Assembly (NCBI GenBank): GCA_010909165.1
Contig: MU008158.1
Span: forward strand, 1,203,478 to 1,267,477
Source of the DNA: Anthoceros angustus
Taxonomy: Eukaryota > Plantae > Anthocerotophyta
Direction of reading: 5' to 3'
DNA: 64,000 nucleotides
This document shows, in pieces, positions 25,701 to 37,500 of this stretch. The notes under the pieces are model-generated. The model was given only the letters and a program-made list of their open reading frames with translations, was not told the origin of the DNA and ran no database searches. The position numbers and the translations under genes are program-made. Position 1 is the stretch's first letter, and each line of letters starts with the position of its first letter.

Positions 25701-27684
25701 CTCTGTAATACCTTCCACCATGGTGTTTGCGATGGTCAGAGTCCCTGCTGGGACTTGAGCTTCTCGAGCTTTTGGAGCTCGAACTCTTGGCGCTGCCCGA
25801 CACGGAGCTCCGACTGGAGCAGCTTCTTTCCCTTCTCCGATTCCTCCTTCTCCGTCTCCTCAGAGCCTCCAAAGCGCTCTGATCGCTGTCCGAGCGTTGC
25901 GCCCCGTCCGATTCTTCACTGGCCGCCTGCTCCGAGTCCTGCCCGCTGCTGCCGATGTCTTTGGACTTGGCACTACGAGCACTGTCCTTGCCAGTGCTCT
26001 CACTTGCAGCTGGGGCGGCGTGGGAGTCGGTATCCTGGGCGGACGGCTCATCCTGCACCTCAGGCTCTACGTTGCTGGCCTTGCCGTTCCTATCTGCCAG
26101 ACCGCAGGCATCCTGCTTGGCATCCGGCGGGGCAGGCCGCGTGCATGCTTCTTCGTGTAATTGTGCGGGAGAAGGAGGGACGACCTCAGCGATTGTGTTC
26201 GCTATGTCATTTGCTGGGCAACTTTCTTCATCACTGCGTGGCGTCTCAGGTGCAAGCGGGCTTCGTACCACTCCATCTTTCCTGCTGCCTTTCCTTTTGC
26301 CTTTCTTCTTCTCGATCGTGGGACTGTCTTCTTGTCCGGGAGATGTAACCAGTGTTTGACCAGAAGGTTTTACATTGCCGGCGTCTGTCTTCATCCCGCC
26401 ATCAGATATGCAGGTCGGTGGTTGAACAGGCAGTTTAACCTTGCCATCGCCTTGCGTCATCTCGCCATCAGCTATGGTGGTCGAAGATGTAACCGGTGTT
26501 GGAACGGGTGGTTTTACCTTACCCTTGTCTTTCTTCGTCTCGACATCAGATATGCAGGGATTCTCGCATGATCCTCGACTGGCATGTCCATCCTTCCCAT
26601 TCGAACTGGATTCCAGGATGCTAGCCGAATGCCCACCAGGATCTGACTCTCGAGGATGCCCCAATAGTCTTTCCTCGTTTAGGGCTGTCCCCTCACCAGG
26701 CCGGCTTCCGAAATCGTTACCACGCCCAGCTTCCATTCCCTCGGCCATGGACTCCTCTTTCTCCACAGTTGCAGCAGAAGAAGGGACTGGTTCCTCCACG
26801 CATTCCTCCTTGTCACTGCCGCAACGTACAGGTAATGTCTCGTCTGGCACGGGTGGTTGCTCTGCCTCTTTACTGCCTACTGCCTCCACAACTGATTGCG
26901 ATGGTGTGGGCAGCTGAGAGTCGAGAAGCCGTTCTTCCTCCAAAACTGCCACAGAAGGGACTGGTTCCTCTATGCATTCCTCCTTTCCACTGCCGCAGCC
27001 CACAGATACCGTCTCGTCTGGCACGGATTGTTGCTCTGCCTCTTTGCTGCTTCCTACCTCTACAACTGGTTGCAATGCTGTGTGCAGCTGAGAATAGAGA
27101 AGCCATTCTTTCTCCACAATCGCAGCAGAAGGGACCGCTTCCTCGCATCCCTCATCTTGACTGCCGCAGCCCACAGATAATATCGCGTCTGGCACGGGTG
27201 TTTGCTCTTCCTCTTTCCTGCCTCCTGTCTCTCCAACTGGTTGCGATGCTGTGTGCAGCTGAGAATAGAGAAGCCATTCGGCGTAAATCAACTGCTCCAT
27301 CTCGTCCTCGTCTCCAACAACAGGTTCCGCTTCTTGCCTTGCTCTTTTACTGCCTGTGTCGTCCTGGTCGTTGTCATCGTACTCAGAACGATGAGACCCA
27401 TCTCGGTGCCTTTCATGCCTCTCAACCACCTCATCACCGGCAGCATTTCTCCTCTTCCCCTCTTGTCTGGTCCCAGAACGTCCACCATGCTCCCGGCCAT
27501 GCTCTGATCTGACAGGCTTATGCCTTCCTCGCCGAGTCCCATCCCGGTGCTTATCAGAGTGTTCGCGATCCTTGTCACTCTCCTTGCCCTTTCTGCTGCC
27601 CCCTGCAGCTGGCATCTTTTCCCCCCGCTTCCTTGCCCAAGAAAATTCTTTACCCTTCTCTCCCTCCTCACGGCCGCTCTTCAT
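22766..27684 (-). CDS. U2AF large subunit (U2AF65)-like splicing factor with a very long N-terminal/RS region; multi-exon
   Basis: RS-rich region and RAWDLPP; RRM1 (RRLYAGNVP...AFAEFISPEDTTAALAFDG..KLRRPKDY); RRM2 (DSPRK|IFLGGI..KEIVTSFGQLKAF..YLD..VTLKACAGLNGLRL); UHM/RRM3 (RFGTIKAM...GQIYVEYGREE..AATSLHGRLYGGRKV..GYF). Start codon uncertain. Confidence 0.88.
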
Positions 27685-29379
27685 TGCGTCATCTTCTTTC
27701 CGCTTTTCCCTATCCCAAATCAGTTTCCAGAGACGGAGATAAAGTACAAGCAACAACTGTTCAAATGTTCTTGCATTGTGTGTATATAGATAGCTTTCAC
27801 CATTCCAGGACTGTAGAGTCTACAGAAGAGCTCTCTCTTTCGGGCATGGGGCAGCTGAGAACAAGCCGTGGGAACGGCTGAGATAGTGTGTGAAGGCAGT
27901 GCAGGCCTAACTGCCATTTGCCCAACAAATTGCCGGGCATCCCATAATTCTATCCACATAACAATTTAATATCCACCGTTTGGATAGGCAATGAAAATAT
28001 CGTAAAGGTCACTCACATCCTTTACCCTCACCTATCTACCCCGGGCGCGGGCGCGCGGTGACCCGGCGGCAGATTTTCAATTCAAATCGGTACCTACGAG
28101 GTCCGTAAGAATCGACAACCCTACGTATTTCCGTACAGTAGACAGTGGCAAGGAAGGAGCAAGGCACGCGCCCGGGCCCGGGGCGGGGCAGTGAAACCTT
28201 GAGGCGGGAACCTGTGACGAGAAACGGCATAGAAACGGGGGTCTCGCCGAAGTGACATTACGTCCCGTGTGGCGCCACTTTTTTCGTGACAACGAATGCG
28301 AGGCTTGTGTAACGCGCGGATTCCAGATAAGGGAAATCCGGGAGCACGAACCAGGAGATTCCAGGAGGACCCAGTCGAATCGATCGTTTCATGAGACGTG
28401 AAACGATTGAGAGACGTTTTTATGGGCTCACATCTCTCTGTCGTTCTCATGCCTCACTGCCATTTAATTTCTCTGCTTACGTCCTTCACTCTTCACTGAC
28501 AGAGAGAGTAAGCAGCAGTACCAAAGGCACAGGCACAGGCCCAGCCCAGCTTGGGGCCTACCGGTCCTTTGCTTTCTGGGCCCTCCAGCGGGATGATGGG
28601 CTTTGAAGGTGATCAAGAGCCATCGCTCTCGCACTCTTTGCACTCGCAGTGGCTCTGCCACCGCACTTCAAACTGGTGTTAGGTGGAGCTGCCGTCTCGT
28701 CACTCAGCTTCCTTGCTAACTTTGCATCTGCATTTACCACCGCTGTTTCTGCATGCCAGGACTTGTTGTGTGGAAGGTGGCAAGGACGAGGTCAGGTTTT
28801 GCCACTCCACAATTTCGGACGATGGTCGGTCCCTGTTGCGGACAATGGACGTAACAGCATTAAAATGATCCGTATCCGGAAAGAGATTGGCATGCCTAGC
28901 GGCCCATGGAAGGACCTCAAGCGGAAGAGTCCTAGCATAACTTGAAACTTCGCTCTTGTACATGTATATGTACATGCACTAGGAGTGTATACCTTAAACT
29001 CTAGCATTTTCATTGGTATTGCCTTCCATTTTTCCGAGGCTTTGTCATACAATCATCCATCAATGGACTATGTATATACAGACATGAGAACTATCTACCT
29101 TATATTCTTATACTCATGTTCATTGGTATTGCCTTCCATTTTTTTCAGGCTTTGTCATACAGTCATCTATCAATGACTATGTAAAAAAACAGATTTTTTT
29201 TCAAATTGATATTTATAATGATTTTCAATGGGTACTTACAAGAGATCAATTATTATGTGCTTAGTTTGTTTTACTTGTATCTAGAGGTTTCAAGAGAAAG
29301 GATTGTATTTATATATTCTTAATTTTCTTCAATAATAAAAATCAATTCATTCTGTTGACTACGCCCTCTTGGCATAGGC

Positions 29380-32010
29380 AACCAAACCTTTGTTCAAAGT
29401 TTAGGGTGTAGCTACCAAAACTTGATTCATAATTTATAATATAGCTAGCTAAGCCTCAGGTTAAAGTTTAGGGCATCGTCGCCCAAATATTCAACCATAC
29501 CACCATACCTTAGAGGATAACAAACCCAAGCCTGATTCACCTTTGCGGCGTAGCCACAGAAACTTTACTTGAAGATTTTGGGTTAAGCTCAAGGTTTATG
29601 GATGAGTTCAAGGTTTAGGTTGGGTCCAATTTACACTAGATATAAATTCATTTCAAAGTTTATGGTTAAGTAGTAATATGTTATAGGATGATTGAATTAT
29701 TTCTCATTAATGCCCAGAAGTGTTTGCCATCTACACCATAGCGCACATGTTGTGGCGTCAAGATAATACTGCACTTGATGTCATGTGATAACATGTGCTT
29801 ACATGAGACCAAGTGATTTACGCAATGTCTTGGCCTATCCATTGTAAGATACAAAGATGCATAAGGTTGGACAGTTCCAAGGAATTTTATACCGCTTCGT
29901 GCAGTTTGTTTGTTTCTTGCTGGATAACGATAAGGTTGGATGGTTTCATGTAACTTAATACAACTTCATGCGGTTTGTTTGTTTCTTTCCCAATAAGGAT
30001 AATATGTGTGGTTTGTTTGTTTCTTTCCCAATGAGGATAATGTGTGTTGTTTGTTTGTTTGTTTCCTAGTAAGGACGGTGTGTACAAAAGTCCGACGGCG
30101 TGAAAGATTATATTACTTTCGTGTAGTTTGTCTTTTTCTTACTCAACGGCATGAAAGATTATATTGCTTTTATGTAGTTTGTCTATTTCTTGCCCAATAA
30201 GGTCGATATGTACAAATGCCTGGATACTATGCAATATTGTTTCTTAGATACTTGACCATGATTGAAAACGTGTACGTACATACTCATTCATAGAACACTA
30301 TCTTTATCTAGAGATATAGCTTGTTTGCTAGTGGTCAGATAATGTATCACATAGTACATAAGTGTTAAGTTATCAAAAACACAGATTGCTTAGTGCATTT
30401 TCCAGGTGGACGCCCTAATATTTATTCAAGGGCGTGGTGGGAAGTAGAGGGGGCCGAAGGCGCCCAAGCACCTTCCGAGCCCAGAGCTCGTAGAAGGCCG
30501 CACTTGGTCACGATGTGAGAATCTTAGATTTCATTTACGGCATCGCCGTCAATCCTTTGTTCAAAGTTTAGGTGTAGTCACAAAGCTTATTGGTAATTTA
30601 TGGTATAGCTAGCTAAACCTCATATAAAATTTAGGTGTAGCGCCCAAATTTTGGACTTTACCTTAGAGTATAACAAACCTAAGTCTTAACAGATTGCTTA
30701 GTGCATTTTCCAGGTGGACGCCCTAATATTTATTCAAGGGCGTGGTGGGAAGTAGAGGGGGCCGAAGGCGCCCAAGCACCTTCCGAGCCCGAGCTCGAGA
30801 GAAGGCCGCACTTGGTCACGATGTGAGAATCTTAGATTTCATTTACGGCATCGCCGTCAATCCTTTGTTCAAAGTTTAGGTGTAGTCAAAGCTTATTGGT
30901 AATTTATGGTATAGCTAGCTAAACCTCATATAAAATTTAGGTGTAGCGCCCAAATTTTGGACTTTACCTTAGAGTATAACAAACCTAAGTCTTATTCACC
31001 TTTCGGCGTAGCTGACGAAGCGTTACTTTAAGATTTAGGGTTAAGTTCAAGGTTTTATGGATGAGTGCAAGGTGTAGGTTAGGTTCAATTTACACTAGTC
31101 GTAAGTTCATTTCAAGGTTTAGTGTTAAATAATAATATATTATGAGATGATCATGGCAAGTAATACAAATGGTTAATGTCATTGGTTTAATGATTGAATT
31201 ATTTCTCACTGCAATCTATGCAATCTACACCATAGCGCATATGTTGTGATGGTGTCATATAATGATGCACTTAGGTTTCATGAAAAAATGATGCACTTGG
31301 TGTGACATGATAACACGCACCTACACAAGACCAAGTGATTCGTGCAATGTGTTGGCTGTGCATTGTGAGATAAAAAGACAGATGAGGTCAAGTGATTCGC
31401 GCATTGACTTGTCCGTTGTGAGATAAAAAGACGAATGAAGTCAAGTGATTCGCACAATGTGTTGGCTTGTCCGATGTGAAATAAAAAGACGGATAAGGTT
31501 GGACGGTTTGAGAGAACTTCATATCGCTTCGTGCGGGTTGTTTGTTTCTTTCCTAGCAAGGACGATGTGTACAAAAGTGAGGAAACTTCATATCACTTCG
31601 TGTGGGTTGTTTGTTTCTTTCCCAGTAAGGACAATGAAAGATTATACTGCTTCCGTGGAGTTTGTCCTGCTTCTTGCCCAACATGGACGACATGTACAAA
31701 TGCCCCGCTTTCGTGCAGTTTTGTCTGGTTCTTGCCCAATAAGGATGACATGTACAAACGCCCCGCTTTCGTGCAGTTTGTCTGTTTCTTGCCCAATAAG
31801 GACGATATGTACAAATGCCCGCTTCGTGCGGTTTATGCATTTCTTGCCCAACATGGACGACATGTACAAACGCCCGCTTTCGTGCGGTTTATGCATTTCT
31901 TGCCCAACAAAGACGACATGTAAAACGGCCCGCTTTCGTGCAGTTTGTCTGTTTTTTGCCCAACAAAGACGATATGTAAAACGCCCCGCTTTCGTGCAGT
32001 TTGTCGGCTC
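29380..32010. repeat. Complex repeat block, probably TE-derived: diverged duplicate modules (29380-30220 vs 30860-32010), a 308-bp tandem (30381-30688/30689-30992) and a ~60-bp minisatellite (31520-32010)
   Basis: Visible repeats CTTTGTTCAAAGTTTAGG.., GCTTTCGTGCAGTTTGTCTGTTTCTTGCCCAATAAGGACGATATGTACAAA; degenerate TTTAGGG motifs. Confidence 0.8.
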
Positions 32011-34569
32011 ACAGTGGGACTTACGGCCTACATACTGTATATGCTAGGACGGACACCAAATATTTCTCACGGTCTATATGCTCATGGCAAGACTTCAACC
32101 GACATGTACATGTATCGAAATGGACACCATATATGTATGTACATAGTTCTCAAGGTCGATATGCGCACGGCAAGACTTCAACCGGCATGTACATGTGTTG
32201 AAAAGGACACCATATAGTTCTCAAGGTCGATATGCGCATGGCAAGGTTTGGGCCGACATATATATTGAGAAATATTTCTCACGGTCGATATGCTCATGTT
32301 AAAACTTACGACCAACATACGTGTTGAAGAGGACACATGATAATTCTCGCGGTCTACAAACTCGGGCTACTTCCTGCTGAGGAGGACACATAATATTTCT
32401 CGCGGTCTACAAACTCGGGCTACTTCGTGATCTCGCCCACCTAGAGAAGTATGTATACCACATGTTTCTCACGGTCAATATTCTTACCCAAGAGTGGCGG
32501 CACCAAAGTACAAATATTACTAGGGGTACCACGGAACGGGGCTCAAGTACATAATTAGGGCTGCCATGAAAATGTCTGGACTGTTGGACATATACTACCT
32601 GGAGATGTATGATTCACATGAAATAATCACCGCATAGAGCTACACTTTGTTTGGTTCTTGTCTGGTAGTCACATGTGCACTGACAATACAACATGGTCCA
32701 TAAGTGGCGGCATCAAGTACATATGTCTGTCCTTCGGGCTGCCACACGAAGGAGCAGCAAGTGTATTGAGAGTTTTATGGCTGCCACAAGAATGTCTTGG
32801 ACTCCTTTGACAAATGAGGGACATACTTCACTTCGTTCCGTCTGCTCGAGATCCTGAGGTACCAAGATGAACACCACATAAAGTTAAGTTACAGTTTGTT
32901 TGTTTTGGTCACATAATCAAATATGCACCTATAAGATAGTATGTATTATATATATAAGATTACAGAAAATTAAGTACATAAGTATTATGTATAGATTACA
33001 CGGCAAGAGGGGAGTACAGTTTCTTTGAGTCCTAAGGTGTTACGATTACAAGTATGTTTTTAGAGTAATTAAGTCACAAAGTCTTATAGCCCATATCATC
33101 TCAACGCAAGTTTGAACTAACGGCATATGTGAATGAGCAGGAAAACTTAAGCTATCTACCTAATTGAGATATCTTGTATGTTACTTTAATCTGTTATACT
33201 TATATTATAATAATATGTTTTTGTTAATCTGACCTACCTGGTATTGAAGAAGGGGTTGTCCGAAGTCGATGTTGAAGAGCCCCAAGTCGGAGGTGAGGAG
33301 GCAAATAAGATACCAGAGGCTAGGTGGTGTGTCCATTGGAGCAATTTAGGTGGTGGAGAGGTGGTTCAAATGTGTGTGCAGATTGCTTGGTGCATTTTCC
33401 AGGTGGAGGCCCCTGAAACTTATTCAGGGGCGTGGTGGTGGGAAGTAGAGGGGGCCGAAGGGGCCCGAGCACCTCCCAGCGGGAGGAGCTTGTAGAGAGA
33501 GCCCGCGCTCGGGCGGGGGCGGGGGCGTGGGGACCTTGGCTGCCCCGCAGTCGCTTTCCCGGCCGGCTGTAGTTCTGGGAGGCTTGTACCGAGCCACCTA
33601 CTCTCTGCTCGCCGCTGCTCTGCTGTGTCTGCTGCCCCGCCGTGAACGCAGTGAAGAGCAGTACGTGATTCTGGCTGGCCGGAGCCTGGCAGGCACGCCC
33701 TCTGCCCGCGCCATGCCCCTCTCTCTTGGCATCCGCTGCCGTGCTGCTGCTGCCACTCCTGAATCAATTCTTCCCCTCACTCTCTCTGCTCGATCCCTCC
33801 CAGATCTGCTGCCCCGCCTACAAAATCCCCCCCACTCGCCCTTTTTCGCCACCCAATTCTGCTGCCGAGCGCACCCGCACGCAATTCTTCTCCGAGCTCT
33901 GCTGCCTCCGCGCTCGCCTCCTCCTTGGTCAAGAAGCACGCCCGAGCTCCTCTCTCAGGAATGTGAGTCCAGGCGCTTTCGCTCCAGCACTTCATTTCAT
34001 GCATGCTTGCTATCTCTGAAACTTCATTTCCGCTGCCACCCGCCGTTCGTGCTCTAATTGTTTTGGCGGCCTCTCCAACGCTCGCCTACATTGCTCTAGT
34101 GTCTAGCAGGTTGTCTTCTCGTTGGGAGCCTTCGTTCCTCGAGGAGCGAAAAGGAATTCTTTCGGTGGTTGAGGAACCGGGGTGTTGCTCCTGGGAGGCT
34201 GTTTTCGTACAGAACGATCATCGTCAATTCGCCACCATCGTCAATCCGCTCGCGGAAGCTGCAACTGAATTCGACTACACGTTGCGCAGGGAAACGTCGC
34301 AGGTAAGCGCAATTTGTGTATCCGATTGCGGGTTTTGGGAAATTGCGTCTTTGTGGGTCCGATTTTCATCTTGGTGGCACCACTGAGGCTCTCCCGCAGG
34401 CTGTGCGTCTGTTTGGCACCTTTCCTGTGCTCGCTCTCACATTGGGCCACGAGCTAATTGCGCATGCCGTTTTTTCTAATTCCAATGGACTTCACAGTGG
34501 GGTGGTGGTTTGCGTGTTGTAGATGCGCGCTTTCGTGAGAAGCTGGAAGCCAAAGGCCCTTAGCTCTCA

Positions 34570-37500
34570 ATGAATGAACCTATGGATATTGATAAGAGCG
34601 AAGGTTGACCGCTCTGCGGAATCAAGCTTGCAATTCGGTCTTGTTCATTTTCTTGCTGAGTTTGAAACATTACTTCAGGATTATGATTCTGGTGTTTTCC
34701 ATGTCTTGCCGCTGGCTGACACAATGTTGTCGACCTGCCAGGTGCAGACTTTGCGGGACAATCTGCCACTGCGACGGATGCGCCTGCAGCTGTTGGTACC
34801 CTCAACGGAGGCTCTGATGTTGCGAGTGTTGTCGATGCAGACATTGCCCTTCCTCCGGTTGCATCAGAGGCCAATGCTCGAACACCGTCTGTGGAAGAAC
34901 CTGAGAGGTCTGGCTGCATTTCAGTTTCGGTTTTGCTCTCCTGACATGGCATCAAAGGTAAGCGACGTGTCAGTCTCACTCCGAGGTTCTGTCAGGCCGG
35001 CAACAGATGTGCATGATACGGAAAACCTTGAGGACGAGCCGGAAGAAAATGGAGGGAGTGAAGGGAGCTCTGATGAGGAGGACGATGACTCCTCTACCGA
35101 TGGGGACTCGGATGAAGATGAGACATGTAGTGATGAGCGTCTGGAAGAGAGTGAAACATGTGGTGACAACGATGACTCTTCACCTGTAAGTGTAGGCTCA
35201 CAACCTATTGCTTTGAACGTCTGAATTATGCAGTGCACCAGGTATTGGTGACCAGCGCCGGACTCTTATGTTGAAGTGTGTTGGACAGGTTCAGTACAGC
35301 GAGGAGAAGATAGATTATCTGCTGGAACGTCTTCTTCAGCGTGAAAGTGAGGTAGAGTGCTTAACTCAGATGTGCTGCGCATCCTTTTTCCTAGAGCTGT
35401 CGCGGTTTTGCTAATTCAAATCAAGCGAAGGAGTTTCGTCGAGTTTTGACCATTAGTTGGAATAGGTGTAAATGCTCTGTCGCTAAAGTTGAATTATTGA
35501 TAATTTCATTCTATAATTACTTCATATTTATATGGGTCGTAAACGACATGCCCATGGTGTAGCTCATTCTATTGAGTGAAAGTTGCATGCTAACTTTTAA
35601 CATGTGCTTCACAGCTCGCTGATAGCCACGAACATCTAGAGGAGGAAACAGTCTCTCGGGTTACAGCAGAAGTTACAGCAGAGCTTGCCGAAACGCTAAG
35701 CGAAGCAGAGGTAAGGATTACATCTCATCTGGTTTGTAATTTGAACTTGTTCAGGCTGGGCTGACAGCTTTTTCCACTCTGCAGCTGGATGCAGCTGTGA
35801 AAGAGGAGATGGCTACCTATGCTAGAATGTGGAGGAGAAAAGCTAAGAAGCTGGAGGAAAAGGTTTCCATCTTGCAGGTAAGGGTGTGCTTGGTGTCAGA
35901 TCAAAATCTAAGTGCTGTAGTCGCACAAGTCCTGTTCTGATGGATGATAATTGAACAACCGAGCAGGAGAAGCTAGAAGATGCAAAAATTAGCCTCCCCG
36001 AGTTTTACAAGTCACTCGACAGGAGAGCACCAGAGGAGAGTTTGACTGAGGTCTGGAAGCGAAACACACACTGGGCTGGACGTAATGCTCCTTTAGAGGC
36101 TATCCAATTGGCCCAGCAGGCGGAACAGCACCTTCAAAGACAGCGACCTGTGAAGAAGTATGTTGTTCTGCTAGCTGAGGGCCGTCTCAGCTCATCGTTT
36201 GTACTAGTCTGTCCCTGGTTCATGGCTTTGAGCTAACCAGGGAACTTGAGCTTTTTTATCTCTTGTGAAGCTTACCATTGTCCGGTGGTGTGTAGCCGCC
36301 ATGGAAAGCTTATTGAAGCAGGAGCGAGTGGTTTTCTCAAGAGAAAGATTGAAAGTGTTGGGGACGATATTCCTGATCGGCCAGTGGATGGTGATGAAGG
36401 GTGGTCTTTGATGGGTGGCTATCTTGTTGGTAACAATCATGGTGGTTGCCTGATGGGCACAGCTAGATGGGCAGCAGTGTATTCTGCAGCTACCCCAGAA
36501 GAGGCAACCAAGTTAGGCTTGAAACTTCCTGGTGAAGACAAGGTACAATCTCCGTAATATGTGCTGACAGCTATTCTCATGGTTCGTACTGTAGCTTCTG
36601 ACATTTTCCTTAAACATTGCAGATTGAGGAGATAGGTGACCTTGATACTGTAGGGGATCCTTTATATGCTGCGGCTCTTGCCAATGAAAGGTCCAGAGAC
36701 GTGAATGTCAACGTGAAGAAGGTTACTAGAGAATGACCCTGAGACTCTGCTGCAAAAGTCAGGTTCTTCAGTTGAACTGTTGTTGAAAATCTAGGTTTTA
36801 ATGCCCTGTTCTTACAGGTCAGGGAAGTGGACGATATTAGAAGAACCATACGATCGCACAGACTTGGGGGCCGTGAAGTTCGTGTCTCTAGGCGAAAACG
36901 AATTCCAGCAACAGTGGAGAGTGTAATTCTCAACATCCAGTTCTTGTTGCTAGCTGAGCACATTTTTTTAACTCACAATGTTAAATCCATTTGGTCTATT
37001 GTGTTGTTGTCTTGGAACTTTAACACAGCCGAGGCAGGTTCCTCCTTCAGACCTTGAAAAACTAGCTGAAGACTTGCAAGCAGACCGGGGAGTTCGAGAC
37101 TTCATGTCTGATGGAGGGGATCATGTCAACCATGTTGTCAGGGCAGATGAGATCAAAAATCATGGATGTGAAGACGGTGCAAATGCAGGTAGTGACCGAG
37201 AAGGATCTACCGATGTGGCTAATGGTGCCAGGGAAGCAAAGGCTTCCAGAAAGCGTCCTAGGTGGCTGCTTGATGTTCATGGCATTGCGCATGTGGAGAC
37301 TAGCAGTGAAGAGGGAACTGGGCAATATTTTCAACCCATGGAAGTTGATTTGAGGAGTCCGAAGAGACAGCTGCAGGAGGGGCAGGATCAAGAAATCAAT
37401 GAAGAGGTGCGCACAACAGTGGTCATTGATAGTGATGGCGAAAGAGAAGTGGAGGAGCATGTATCTGGATCTTGGACAAGGACTCCTAGATGTCGTAAAA

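Noticed and set aside
28649-28945. 98-aa ORF divergent from the U2AF-like gene
   Set aside because: Non-ATG start, no motif and no supporting splice structure.
31445-32047. Repetitive Cys-rich ORFs
   Set aside because: Translations of a ~60-bp minisatellite whose units shift frame.
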